Positions 41,470 to 51,651 of a stretch of 64,000 bases of DNA are shown piece by piece. The position numbers were made by a program, and so were the translations under genes. The notes beneath the pieces are model-generated. The model was not told where the DNA came from, searched no databases, and saw only the letters and a program-made list of their open reading frames with translations. Position 1 is the stretch's first letter; each line of letters begins with the position of its first letter. Source of the stretch: Alphaproteobacteria bacterium (GTDB taxonomy: Bacteria; Pseudomonadota; Alphaproteobacteria; UBA7887); the NCBI GenBank assembly GCA_965216755.1, contig CBDCGL010000011.1, positions 2,624,001 to 2,688,000 of the forward strand, given 5' to 3'.

Positions 41470-42648
41470 ATGACCGATCAGCCGTCGTTCTCCCCGATGC
41501 AGTATCTCGACAAAGCCCTGGGTGGCTTGCGCGAATTGGGCCTGGTGCCCGAAGAACCGAGCCAAGAAGCGCCGATTATCGCGCTGCTCGACCAAATCGC
41601 CGATTTGGATCAAGACAATGCCGTAGTCATCGCGCGCACCCTGAACCAGGCCTCGCTGTTCAACGAAGTCGTGCGCGAACAGGTGACGGCGATGAAAATC
41701 GGCGAACGCTATGAAGACATCACGAATGGCTTCAACAGTATTCGCGATGATGCTCGCAGCATGGTCGACCAAATCGCCGACGGAAAAATCGACACCCTCG
41801 AGCGCATCCAGAACATCTGGGCCAAGTTCTCGCGCGGCGATATCGCCAGCCGTTTCGACAAGATTAAGGACACCTATTTGTCAGTGGCCCGCGATACCAA
41901 GGACCAGATCGAGCGCGAGCATCTGATCCTCAACGCCTATCAGGATTTCCGCGGCGCCATGAAGCAAGCCGAGGTCTTGGCTCTGGAAATCTTCAACAAG
42001 GCCGAAGGAAAGCTGGATGCCGCCAAAGAAGTTTTGAACGGCGCCATGGCCGCGGTCGAGTCCTACACCGGCGATGATCCCGCAGAACGCGCCCGCCGCG
42101 AGATGACCCGCGATGAAAAGGTCCGCGCCCTGCAGCACGAAGAAAAGCGCTATCAAATCGCCAAGGACTTATCAGACAATCTGACCGTTGGCTACAACAC
42201 CTCGGAAGTGATCATGGCGCGGCTGATGCAAACTACGTCGGCGAAAGAACGCGTTTATTCGCAGTCAGTCAGCTTTTTCGGCACCAACGAAACCGTGCTG
42301 ACCGCGTTGACCGCTTCGTTCACCGGCATGCACGGCCTGCATGAAAGCACCGAGACACTGGAAGCGATGAAGGAAGGCATCTCCAAAAGCTTGGAGGACC
42401 TGGCCGATATTGGCGGTAAGGTGCAGGAAGCCGCGTTAAAAGCCGGCTATGGTCCAACCATTCGCGCCACCGCGGTCAAGCGCCTGGTCGATTCCGTCAT
42501 CGCCTATCAGGAACGGTCGCGCGAAATCATCGAGGAAATGCGCACCATGAGCACGCGCAATTCTCAGGAAATTCGCGACGCCGTGGAAGACGGCAAGCGC
42601 CGCCTGGCGCGCTTGGCGGAGCAAGGTAACGCCCTGGGCCATGGCTGA
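41470..42648 (+). CDS. Conserved all-helical coiled-coil protein (possibly TelA-like)
   Basis: Long amphipathic helices, no TM or signal peptide, host-like codon usage; overlaps the next gene. Confidence 0.75.
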   Translation: MTDQPSFSPMQYLDKALGGLRELGLVPEEPSQEAPIIALLDQIADLDQDNAVVIARTLNQASLFNEVVREQVTAMKIGERYEDITNGFNSIRDDARSMVDQIADGKIDTLERIQNIWAKFSRGDIASRFDKIKDTYLSVARDTKDQIEREHLILNAYQDFRGAMKQAEVLALEIFNKAEGKLDAAKEVLNGAMAAVESYTGDDPAERARREMTRDEKVRALQHEEKRYQIAKDLSDNLTVGYNTSEVIMARLMQTTSAKERVYSQSVSFFGTNETVLTALTASFTGMHGLHESTETLEAMKEGISKSLEDLADIGGKVQEAALKAGYGPTIRATAVKRLVDSVIAYQERSREIIEEMRTMSTRNSQEIRDAVEDGKRRLARLAEQGNALGHG

Positions 42649-43567
42649 CGCCACCCGCCCGCTGGACGATGTCATGCTGGCGATGGATGTCGTCGACACC
42701 CTACGCCATCGCCGAAAACTGGTCGAAAGGGAGCTGGGCGCCGACAGCCGCGACGCCCAGCTGATTGACCGCTTGCGCGAAATCTATGCCGCCCAAGGCA
42801 TCGACGTGCCCGATTCGGTTTTGGCCGAAGGCGTGACGGCGCTGAAAGAAGAACGGTTCGTTTACGAGCCGCCGCCGCCGGGGCTCAGTCGCACGCTGGC
42901 GCATCTGTACGTCAGTCGACGCCGGTGGGGCATACCGGCATTGGCGGGCATCGCCATCATCATCGCTGGTTTTATCGCCTATGATTTCGGCTACAAGCGG
43001 CCGCAGGAAGCCCGCCAAGCCGAGCAAGTAATCGCCCTGGCGGAAACGATTCCCAACGAACTGAACGCGCTGAACGCCGAGATCGAAACCCTGGCGCGCG
43101 ACCAAGACGCGGTCGCTCAGGCGACCGCATTGCGCGACCGGGGGTTGACCGCTGCGGCCGCCGGCACCGCCGCTCAGGCCGAGGCCGCGCTCGCCGACTT
43201 GAAGGCACTCAAGGCACAACTCAACCAAACCTACGAAGTCCGTATCGTCTCGCGGCCCGGTACGCCAAGCGGTGTTTGGCGTGTGCCGGACAACAATCCC
43301 AACGCGCGCAATTTTTATTTGATTGTCGAGGCACGCGATCCGAACGGCGATCCGGTTTCGGTCACGGTCACCAGCGAGGAAGACGGCGGTACCAAGGCGG
43401 TCGAAATGTGGGGCGTGCGCGTCGACGAAAGCGCGTTTAATGCGGTGCGCGCCGACAAGGAAGACGACGGCATCGTGCAAGACAGTCTGCTCGGCGTGAA
43501 GGAACGCGGTGCTCTGACGCCGGACTATGTGGTGCCGACCACCGGCGCCGCCATCTTTGAGTGGTAA
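42641..43567 (+). CDS. DUF6384-like single-pass membrane protein
   Basis: LDDVMLAMDVVDTLRH, RLREIY..QGI.VPD, ALKEERF; central TM; periplasmic helical plus beta domain. Confidence 0.75.
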   Translation: MADATRPLDDVMLAMDVVDTLRHRRKLVERELGADSRDAQLIDRLREIYAAQGIDVPDSVLAEGVTALKEERFVYEPPPPGLSRTLAHLYVSRRRWGIPALAGIAIIIAGFIAYDFGYKRPQEARQAEQVIALAETIPNELNALNAEIETLARDQDAVAQATALRDRGLTAAAAGTAAQAEAALADLKALKAQLNQTYEVRIVSRPGTPSGVWRVPDNNPNARNFYLIVEARDPNGDPVSVTVTSEEDGGTKAVEMWGVRVDESAFNAVRADKEDDGIVQDSLLGVKERGALTPDYVVPTTGAAIFEW

Positions 43568-43576
43568 ACGACCCCG

Positions 43577-45001
43577 ATGCTGTCTGGCCCCGATGCACTT
43601 CAATCGATCGACCGTGGCCTCAACGAGGCGCAACGCGATTTGGAAACAACCCAGGCCCGTGTCAAACGCGCTACCGACGAACTGGCGGCGTTGGATGAAT
43701 CCGAGGCCGAAAGTTATCGAAAGCTGGCACGGGCGCGGCTGGACGCACTGGCCCGCGATGAGGTCCTCAAGGGCTTGGACGCCTCAGACAAACGCGCCCG
43801 GGCTTTGCTCGCCGATCATGCTAACGCTTTGGAGGTGCTCGAAGAGCGCGTCGCCGAGGCCGCGCGCGAACAGGAAAGAAGCGAGCGCCAGCGCGACGCA
43901 CAAGCCGAGCGGGTCGCCGCCGCCATCGAAGCCTTCGACGACGCGGTTGCCGAAACACAACAGCGTTTGACAACTGACGCGCCCTATCAAGCGCAGTTGA
44001 CCAAAACCAAACAGGCCGACGCGGTCGCGGCCAACGCGGAAAACAAAACCGAGTTGGCACAGGCCGACCGCGACGAAAAAGGCCGCCCCTATGAAGCCGG
44101 CCCGTTGTTCATGTATTTGTGGAACCGCGGCTATGGTACACCGCGCTATCGTGCCGGCACCATTGCGCGCTTTTTCGATCGCAAGGTGGCGCGATTGTGC
44201 CGCTTCGATAAAGCGCGCGCCAACTATCACATGCTGTGTGAAATCCCCAAGCGACTGGCGGAGCACGCAGCGACCGTGCGTGCGGCAGCCGAAGACGAAT
44301 TGGCCGCGCTCGAAGACCTGGAAAACGCCGCGATGACGGCCGATGGAGTGGATGCCCTGCGTGACGCCGTGGCCCGGGAAGAGCAGGCCTTGAACGCGAT
44401 CGAAGAACAAATTGCCGCGGCCGAAGCCAAACAGCAGGAACTTGACGCGGAACGCACGCGTCTGTTTGCCGGTGATGACGACCATTATCGCGAAGCACAC
44501 GACGTATTGGTGCGGGCGCTGCGCCGCGACAGTCTGCGCGACCTGCGCCGCGATGCGCATTATACGCGCCTGCCCGATGACGATGTGGTGGTCGAGGAAC
44601 TCGCCGACATCGAAGACCGGCGCGACGACCTGGAAGACGATATCGATGACTTAAAGGGTCTGATTCGCGCCCAGGAAAAGCGCTTGCGTGAATTGCAGGG
44701 CGTCCGTCGTGATTTCAAACGCCGACGTTATGACGATCGTCGTTCGGAATTCGCCGATGGCTCGATCATTCCAATTCTGATCGGTGAGTTGCTAAAGGGC
44801 GCGATCTCGCGCGACGGTTTCTGGGGATCTCTGAAGCGACAGCATAAATTCCGCAAACGGCGCGCGGATCCCGGCTTTGGATCGGGGCGTATGGGGCGCG
44901 GCGGCGGTCCCTGGTCTGGTGGACGCATCGGCCGCGGCGGCCGTCCCCTGGGTGGGCGTCGAGTCGGCGGCGGTGGCTTCCGCACCGGTGGCAGCTTCTA
45001 A
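43577..45001 (+). CDS. Hypothetical long coiled-coil protein with Gly/Arg-rich tail ending GGGFRTGGSF
   Basis: Heptad-rich helices flanking PLFMYLWNRGYGT..ARANYHML; 9 bp after the previous gene. Confidence 0.8.
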   Translation: MLSGPDALQSIDRGLNEAQRDLETTQARVKRATDELAALDESEAESYRKLARARLDALARDEVLKGLDASDKRARALLADHANALEVLEERVAEAAREQERSERQRDAQAERVAAAIEAFDDAVAETQQRLTTDAPYQAQLTKTKQADAVAANAENKTELAQADRDEKGRPYEAGPLFMYLWNRGYGTPRYRAGTIARFFDRKVARLCRFDKARANYHMLCEIPKRLAEHAATVRAAAEDELAALEDLENAAMTADGVDALRDAVAREEQALNAIEEQIAAAEAKQQELDAERTRLFAGDDDHYREAHDVLVRALRRDSLRDLRRDAHYTRLPDDDVVVEELADIEDRRDDLEDDIDDLKGLIRAQEKRLRELQGVRRDFKRRRYDDRRSEFADGSIIPILIGELLKGAISRDGFWGSLKRQHKFRKRRADPGFGSGRMGRGGGPWSGGRIGRGGRPLGGRRVGGGGFRTGGSF

Positions 45002-45141
45002 GGTTCGCGGCGCAAGCCTTGGCCCATATGACGGCGCAACGCGGCGGTTAGGGCACGTCTGCCGCGTATAGATGGCAGTTGCCGGTGCACGGTTTGGTCG
45101 CCGATAATCAAGGCAACCGGACCCTGGGGACGAATTGTAAG

Positions 45142-45975
45142 ATGCCGAAATCTCTCGACGCGGACGTGGTCGCCGCCTATCACCGCGATGGCTTTCACTT
45201 TCCCGTCACCGTCATGGGCGCCGACGACGCGGCGCACTACCGTCGCTGCTTGGAAAGTTATGAAGCCAGTGCCGGCGGACCGATCCACGGCGATTTTCGG
45301 CACAAGGTGCATTTGTTGTTCACCTGGGCAGACAAGCTTGTTCGCCATCCGCGGATCCTCGACGCCGTTGAAGACGTGCTCGGCCCCAATCTGTTGTGCT
45401 GGACCAGCAATTTTTTCATCAAGGAGGCGGGCACCGCGGACTACGTATCGTGGCATCAGGATTCGACCTATTGGGGCCTCAGCGGTGACGAAGTTTGCAC
45501 GGCGTGGCTCGCCTTGTCCGACGTGCCGGTCGAAAGCGGCGCCATGAAGTTTTGGCCGGGCAGCCACAAGCACGCCCAAATCGCCCACAACGACACGTAC
45601 CACGCGCACAACCTGCTCAGCCGCGGCCAAGAAATCGCGGTCGACGTGCCCGAAGACAAATCAGTTTTGGTGCCGCTTAAGGCCGGTCAAATCTCGCTTC
45701 ATCACGTCAAATTGGTCCACGGTTCGGCCCCCAACACATCCGGCGATCGGCGCATCGGCTATGCCATTCGCTACATCCCGCCGCATATCGCACAACTCAA
45801 GACCCGCGATTCAGCGACCCTGGTGCGCGGCACCGACGACCATCACCATTTCGATCCGGAGACGGCACCCAACGCCGACATGGATGCGTCCGCCATCGCG
45901 GCGCACCGCGATGCCGTCAGCAGGCAAATCGCCGCCCTTTACGAAGGTACCGAGAAATCCGAATTTCGGGCCTGA
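45142..45975 (+). CDS. Phytanoyl-CoA dioxygenase family Fe(II)/2OG enzyme
   Basis: WHQD (HxD), HGSAPN.S..RR. Confidence 0.92.
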   Translation: MPKSLDADVVAAYHRDGFHFPVTVMGADDAAHYRRCLESYEASAGGPIHGDFRHKVHLLFTWADKLVRHPRILDAVEDVLGPNLLCWTSNFFIKEAGTADYVSWHQDSTYWGLSGDEVCTAWLALSDVPVESGAMKFWPGSHKHAQIAHNDTYHAHNLLSRGQEIAVDVPEDKSVLVPLKAGQISLHHVKLVHGSAPNTSGDRRIGYAIRYIPPHIAQLKTRDSATLVRGTDDHHHFDPETAPNADMDASAIAAHRDAVSRQIAALYEGTEKSEFRA

Positions 45976-46104
45976 GGCGCGACCGTTGGCACAAGCTTAA
46001 TCTAGCGCAGAGCGTGGAAAATCCGCCGTCCCTATCTTCGACCCCTATATCGCGCACGTTGCGACACGCACATTTCGGACGCATTCAATAGGGAGACGGA
46101 ACAA

Positions 46105-46890
46105 ATGACTGGTTGGAGCCGGATTGTATTGGGCATGACGATGTCTGTGGGAGTCGCCATGGGCGCGGCAAACACGGCCGTCGCGGAACCCACCCAAATC
46201 ACTGTTCGCGTAATTTCGAAGGATGCCAAGTTCATCGGCACGTCGATGGGCGGTGCATTGGTCACAATCCGCGAAGCCGCGACCGGCGAATTGTTGGCAA
46301 AGGGCCGCACCAGTGGCGACACCGGCAGTACCGACATCATCATGATCGAACCGCGCGCGCGCGGCACCGTATTGTCCGGCGATGGCGGCGCGAAATTCGA
46401 AACCGAGCTTGACATCAAGACACCGCGGCAACTGGAGGTGACCGTATCGGGCCCAATGGCACAACGCCAGGCGACGAATCGCGCATCGTCAACCATGTGG
46501 GTGATCCCCGGCAAACATATCACCGGCGGCGATGCGTGGCTGATCGAACTCCCCGGGCTGGTGGTCGATGTGTTGGCGCCGCCGGCCGCCGGCCATTTCG
46601 AAGGCGGCGCGCAAGACGTCACGTTGGAGGTCAATGTCGCGATGATGTGCGGCTGCCCGATCGAGCCCGACGGGCTATGGGACGCCAATGGGCTGGAGGT
46701 CGCCGCGCTACTGCGCCACAATGGTAATGATGTCGGCTCTTTGACCATGACCTATGCTGGCGAGACCGGCCAATTCGCCGCCGATTGGTCGGTGACGGAA
46801 CCGGGTTTGTACGAAGCCATCGTCTATGCCTTCGATCCGGATAATGGCAATACCGGGCTGGACCGGGTCACGTTTGCGGTGAGCGAGTAG
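46105..46890 (+). CDS. Secreted hypothetical protein with MMCGCP motif
   Basis: Signal peptide, beta-rich, RBS GGGAGA, typical codon usage. Confidence 0.75.
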   Translation: MTGWSRIVLGMTMSVGVAMGAANTAVAEPTQITVRVISKDAKFIGTSMGGALVTIREAATGELLAKGRTSGDTGSTDIIMIEPRARGTVLSGDGGAKFETELDIKTPRQLEVTVSGPMAQRQATNRASSTMWVIPGKHITGGDAWLIELPGLVVDVLAPPAAGHFEGGAQDVTLEVNVAMMCGCPIEPDGLWDANGLEVAALLRHNGNDVGSLTMTYAGETGQFAADWSVTEPGLYEAIVYAFDPDNGNTGLDRVTFAVSE

Positions 46891-46930
46891 CGATAGACGC
46901 GCGGCCGGCGCGCGAGCCACGGAGAGGAAC

Positions 46931-48184
46931 ATGCGTGTCGTCGTGCTCGGCGCTGGCGTGGTGGGGGTGACGGCAGCCTATTATCTGGCCAAGGCGGGTC
47001 ACGACGTGACCGTGGTCGAGCGCGAGGCCGGTGCCGGCCTCGGCACCAGCTTCGCCAATGCGGGTCACATCGCCACGGTCACCGCTCATTCTTGGGCGCG
47101 ACCCGACGTGCCGGGCATGCTGGTCAAGACTTTCGGACGCGAAGATGCACCCTATGCGGTGCGATTGCGGGCCGATCCGGCCATGTGGCTGTGGGCGGTG
47201 CGCTTTTTGCGCAATTGCACGGCGACACGGTTTGCCGAAGTGGCCGCCAACCTGCTGCGTCTGTCTCGCCTCAGCCAGCAATTGCTGGCCGAGCTGCGCG
47301 ACCAAGAATCGCTCGACTATGACCAAATGACGCGCGGCATGCTGCACCTTTATCGCGACGCCGCAAGCTTGGCGCGCGCCGACCAAAGCGCCCAGGCCCA
47401 TCCCGACCCGGCCGCCCGGCCGGAGTCCGTCGACATGGTGCGCTGTTTGGCGCTGGAACCGGCACTGGCGACCAGCCGCGAATCATTTGTCGGCGCGCAT
47501 TATTACCCCCAGAACGAAACCGGCGATGCCCACAAATTTGCCGCGGGGCTCGCCGAACGTGCGGCCGCTGACGGCGTTCGGTTCCGCTATGAAACAAACG
47601 TGCAGGCGCTCACCCGAGATGGCGATCGGGTCACCGCCGTGGCCACGGACCATGACGCGATCGCCACCGACGCGGTCGTGTTGAGCCTGGGCACAGGGAG
47701 TGCGCCGCTGCTGCGCCGGAATGGCGTGCGTTTGCCGATCTATCCAGTCAAGGGCTATTCGGTGACAATTCCCACCGATGGCTACAACGGCGCGCCGACA
47801 TTGGGTATTCAAGACGGCGCGCGCAAAATCGGCATGAGCCGCCACGGCAATCGATTACGGGCCGCCGGCACGGCCGAGTTGGCCGGGTTCGACACGCGCA
47901 TGCGCGAACGCCGGGCCAAAACGATTTTGCGCCACGCCATGGCAATTTTCCCGCAGGCCGGTGATCCGGATAAAGCGTCGCTGTGGACCGGCCTGCGCCC
48001 CATGACACCCGACAACGCCCCCATCCTTGGCCGCTCTCCAATCAGAAATCTCTATCTCAATACCGGCCACGGCAGCTTGGGTTGGACCCTGGCGTGCGGT
48101 TCCGGGCGCCTCATCGCCGACATGGTCTCTGGCCGCGATCCGGGATTTGATCTGACTGGCTTGACCTTCGCGCGCTACCAATAG
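46931..48184 (+). CDS. dadA: D-amino acid dehydrogenase
   Basis: GAGVVG, TSFANAG, YPVKGYS, AGTAE, WTGLRPMTPD, NTGHGSLGWT. Confidence 0.9.
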   Translation: MRVVVLGAGVVGVTAAYYLAKAGHDVTVVEREAGAGLGTSFANAGHIATVTAHSWARPDVPGMLVKTFGREDAPYAVRLRADPAMWLWAVRFLRNCTATRFAEVAANLLRLSRLSQQLLAELRDQESLDYDQMTRGMLHLYRDAASLARADQSAQAHPDPAARPESVDMVRCLALEPALATSRESFVGAHYYPQNETGDAHKFAAGLAERAAADGVRFRYETNVQALTRDGDRVTAVATDHDAIATDAVVLSLGTGSAPLLRRNGVRLPIYPVKGYSVTIPTDGYNGAPTLGIQDGARKIGMSRHGNRLRAAGTAELAGFDTRMRERRAKTILRHAMAIFPQAGDPDKASLWTGLRPMTPDNAPILGRSPIRNLYLNTGHGSLGWTLACGSGRLIADMVSGRDPGFDLTGLTFARYQ

Positions 48185-48205
48185 CGGTGACGCAATGCTA
48201 CCGCC

Positions 48206-48787
48206 CTACTGCCCTTCCATTCCCATCGGGGGCAGGCCCAAGACCATGATCCGTCGGCGCATTTCTTCGACGCGGTCTTCCTGATCCTTGGCGCCGGCGG
48301 CGAGTTGTTCATTCTCAACAAAAGCCGCGTCGATCTCGGCCCAGTCTTCGTCAAGCAAAACCTCTTCCGCGTGGGAAAACACCTCTTCGTTTTCATATTC
48401 GATGTGGCCGATAATGAAATCAGCGTAGTCCGTCGCGGCCTGAACGAGCACCGCGCGTGACGACGCATCGCCGGGCCGAAACGCAGCGTAGGCATCGGCG
48501 AACGCGCGGATGAGTTCTTGTTCGTCCTGATGCTCCCGATAGAGCCGGTCCAATTTCGGCGACAAACTTGGATCACGCTGGCGCATCGTGCGAAACAGAA
48601 ATTGTTCTTCCTTCGGATGATGGATTTTGTCAGGAAATTTCTGAAGATAGGCCACCACGGCGCCAAAAACGGCCGGGTCTTTCAGCTCGCCACGCGCCAA
48701 CAACTCGGCGTCGATCTTAATGACGCGTGCAACGCCGCGTAATGCCACATGCTCGCGGGCCAATATCTGCATCGATGGCCGCATCAT
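48206..48787 (-). CDS. Hemerythrin-domain protein 1
   Basis: EH, HHPKEE..LF, EH, HIEYEN..VF. Confidence 0.88.
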   Translation of the reverse strand: MMRPSMQILAREHVALRGVARVIKIDAELLARGELKDPAVFGAVVAYLQKFPDKIHHPKEEQFLFRTMRQRDPSLSPKLDRLYREHQDEQELIRAFADAYAAFRPGDASSRAVLVQAATDYADFIIGHIEYENEEVFSHAEEVLLDEDWAEIDAAFVENEQLAAGAKDQEDRVEEMRRRIMVLGLPPMGMEGQ

Positions 48788-48853
48788 TGCCCCCCTGCGG
48801 CACGACGTTGGACTCCACCGAATCATAGGCGAATGCGCCGCCGGTGTCTTGGC

Positions 48854-50980
48854 TCATGTGGACGCCAATGCACGTCCCGCGCGCCTGCGCTTGGTCACCA
48901 AGGGGGGACAAATGCGATCGTCGTAGTAGTCGACTTGGCAATCCAAACATTGGAAGCATTCATTCATGTTGATCGCTCCGTCCGCCTGGATGGCATCAAC
49001 AGGACAAGAGGCACGACAGATCGTGCACGGTGTGCCGCATTCGGGACGTCGCCGCAACCAATGCAGCACGTGGGCGCGTCCAAAAATGCTCAAGACGCCA
49101 CCCAATGGGCACAGATAGCGACAAAAAAAGCGTTCGATGCTGAGCCCGATCGCGATCAGCAGCGTGGCGTAGACGACGTAGGGCCAGTCGCGCACGAACA
49201 TGACGACGATCGCGGTCTTGAACGGTTCGATTTCAGCCACCGCATTGGCCGCACTCATTGACCACGCAGCGATCGCGAAGATCGCCACAGCGAACACATA
49301 CTTAACGATCCAAAGCCGCTCATTGACCGCCGCCGGCATTGTGATCTGCGGCACGCGGAACAGGCGCGCCAAACGATTGCTGAGCTCTTGCAGCGCGCCG
49401 AACGGACACAGCCAACCGCAATAGACGCCGCGCCCGAACAGCAACAATGTTGCGAACACATAAATCGACAACAGAAAGATGAGGGGATCCAAAAGAAGAA
49501 AGGTCAGATCACCGCCGTTGAACGCGGCCTGGGCGTAGCCAACAACGTTGAGCGTGGTCAATTGTCCGTCTTTGGCCCAACCGAGCCACACCAACACCAG
49601 CGCCAGAAACGCAATACGCAGGTTGATAAGCTGTCGGCGGCTGCGTGAGAGCGTGTTTTGAAACAGCAAGATAGCGGTCAAAACGACCAACAAGACAACA
49701 AGAACGCCGATATCTTGAACGCGCTCGACCCACACAAGCTGCCAATCGCTGAGCCGGCTTTGGCGCACCAATCCACCCAGTCTGTAAACAGGTTCGATGA
49801 AACCCGCTTCTTCCAGCGCGAAGTCGCTGCCGGACAGATAGGCGAGCGGCATTTGATATGTCAGCGCAAACGTTGCCGGATCGGCGCTCGGCGACTCGCC
49901 GAGGGCCGACGCCTCGATATCGAATTCCAGCGACCAAGGTCGCAGCGGATCAAATCCATCCTTGGCGCTGAGCCAGAACATAAAGCGCTCCTGAAACAGC
50001 GGCGCGCCTTCGGCAATGATCGAGGGTTTGCCCAGCTTGTTGGCGCGCGACAGCGCATATCGGCGTCCATCTTGGACCACGCGGGCCTGCGGATAGCGGT
50101 CGGCAGTGTGCGATGAAAGGCCAAACAGGCGGTATGCACCGCGGCTCGCGATGACCAGGAGATAGCTGCCATGGTCCAATTGCGACAGGTGAAATGTGTG
50201 CCAGCTGTCGCCGAAGAAATTCCGTCCGATCGACAGCGGCGAGGCGATCGCCGCGTACACGTCAAGCACGGTCTGATCTGGATCCAACGGTGCTTGTTCG
50301 CGGGCCAGGGTGGCCGCGAGTTCACCCGCGGTGATCAACTTTTGGGCCACCGCGCCCGAGGCCAGCAATTGCTCCCAGCTTTGCGGCTCGAAACGATCCA
50401 TGTCCAAGCCGACCCGGTCTTCTCCGGCGCCGTCTATGAGCCCTTGTAGGCCTGCGATCTTGCGCGCCGACGATAAAATGGCGCTGCGCATCAGTTCGGC
50501 GCTGACGGTCGCTCCGGAAACGCTGTCGACCGACGCGCGCATGGAACGCAGCGATCCAGCGACCCGAAAGCCGCGCAATTGTTCGAACACGCGCAGCAGC
50601 CGTTCTTCCGGGATTGCGTTGGGGCTGATGATCGGCTCGTGATGTTCGATCAGCGCGACGCCCTGGACTCGCGCATCAAGATCGATGCCGACGATGATGT
50701 CGAAAGGTACGCCCGTGAAACCGCCGATGGGTTTGGTATCGAAGGTCGACAGCAGATAGCCAACGACCTGATCGTCCTTGCGCACCGGCGCAACGCCCGG
50801 CGCACCGACGACCGCGTCAACGCCATCCGCGCCGGGAAATGCCTTGGCCATCACGTCGGCGGTAATCCGTTCGGCCAACGAATCCTCCTTGTCGGCCACC
50901 GCGCCATGCGGCCAAAGGCACAGCAGCGCGGCAAACACCGAGACGAAAACAGTAGCAATGGGCATCACGACAATGTGCAA
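48854..50980 (-). CDS. nosR: NosR/NirI family membrane FMN/Fe-S protein
   Basis: DSVSGAT flavinylation motif, YCGWLCPFGALQE, FCRYLCPLG, two C-terminal 4Fe-4S motifs, several TMs. Confidence 0.88.
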   Translation of the reverse strand: MHIVVMPIATVFVSVFAALLCLWPHGAVADKEDSLAERITADVMAKAFPGADGVDAVVGAPGVAPVRKDDQVVGYLLSTFDTKPIGGFTGVPFDIIVGIDLDARVQGVALIEHHEPIISPNAIPEERLLRVFEQLRGFRVAGSLRSMRASVDSVSGATVSAELMRSAILSSARKIAGLQGLIDGAGEDRVGLDMDRFEPQSWEQLLASGAVAQKLITAGELAATLAREQAPLDPDQTVLDVYAAIASPLSIGRNFFGDSWHTFHLSQLDHGSYLLVIASRGAYRLFGLSSHTADRYPQARVVQDGRRYALSRANKLGKPSIIAEGAPLFQERFMFWLSAKDGFDPLRPWSLEFDIEASALGESPSADPATFALTYQMPLAYLSGSDFALEEAGFIEPVYRLGGLVRQSRLSDWQLVWVERVQDIGVLVVLLVVLTAILLFQNTLSRSRRQLINLRIAFLALVLVWLGWAKDGQLTTLNVVGYAQAAFNGGDLTFLLLDPLIFLLSIYVFATLLLFGRGVYCGWLCPFGALQELSNRLARLFRVPQITMPAAVNERLWIVKYVFAVAIFAIAAWSMSAANAVAEIEPFKTAIVVMFVRDWPYVVYATLLIAIGLSIERFFCRYLCPLGGVLSIFGRAHVLHWLRRRPECGTPCTICRASCPVDAIQADGAINMNECFQCLDCQVDYYDDRICPPLVTKRRRAGRALAST

Positions 50981-51193
50981 CCTCGGTCCGGTCAGAGCGT
51001 CTTCGTCTCAAGCTGCCGGCGGTGTCTGGCGCCAAGGTGTTGAACAATATATCAAGGACTTACAGTCCACACGGAAGATTTCACCCTGTCCCGCATGCGA
51101 ATCGCCGCTGCCGCCCGCGTCGGTCTGTCACGTCGACAAAACTGTGTTATCATAATCTTATCGAACCCAGCTGGGGTGATATGAGGTATTGCC

Positions 51194-51472
51194 ATGATCC
51201 TGACCAAGCTGACGATATCGGCTGTTTCGGGCTTGTTGATGTATACGGGCGCAGGCTGCTTTTCGCCGACAATCGTTGAGGACAATGGCGAGGTGGTCAC
51301 CCTGAAATACGGGCCGTGGGAAACTCCCCATGAGTTGCAGGGGCGTGCCGACCTGTTGTGCAGCGCCCATGACAAAGTCGCGGAGCTGGCGTCCGACACC
51401 GCCGCCGACCTGGACCCGACCTTCCGCTTTGCCACATTTGACTGCGTGCCAACAGAGACACCGACGACATAG
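51194..51472 (+). CDS. Small putative lipoprotein
   Basis: Hydrophobic N-terminus with GAGC lipobox-like site, two further Cys; RBS GAGGT. Confidence 0.55.
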   Translation: MILTKLTISAVSGLLMYTGAGCFSPTIVEDNGEVVTLKYGPWETPHELQGRADLLCSAHDKVAELASDTAADLDPTFRFATFDCVPTETPTT

Positions 51473-51651
51473 CGGCCAACAGGTCCGACGCATTCGCGTC
51501 GCGGCCATCACAACTGCGTCATCCGATTGCAGCCATCGGACCGCAAGCCTGCCAATATCCTAATGTTTTCACAAATTTGAAGACCAACCGCGCGCGCTAA
51601 ACACCTGTTTTGAGCAGGGTTGGCGACACCCCTTGGTAACGATCATGTTCC

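Noticed and set aside
33180-45001. Calling the cyclase array a Pycsar/CBASS defence system
   Set aside because: No cNMP-binding effector (cNMP-TM or cNMP-TIR) or CD-NTase adjacent; architecture is receptor-like
51040-51055. FNR-like TTGAA-N6-ATCAA upstream of nosR
   Set aside because: Spacer is 6 nt rather than 4
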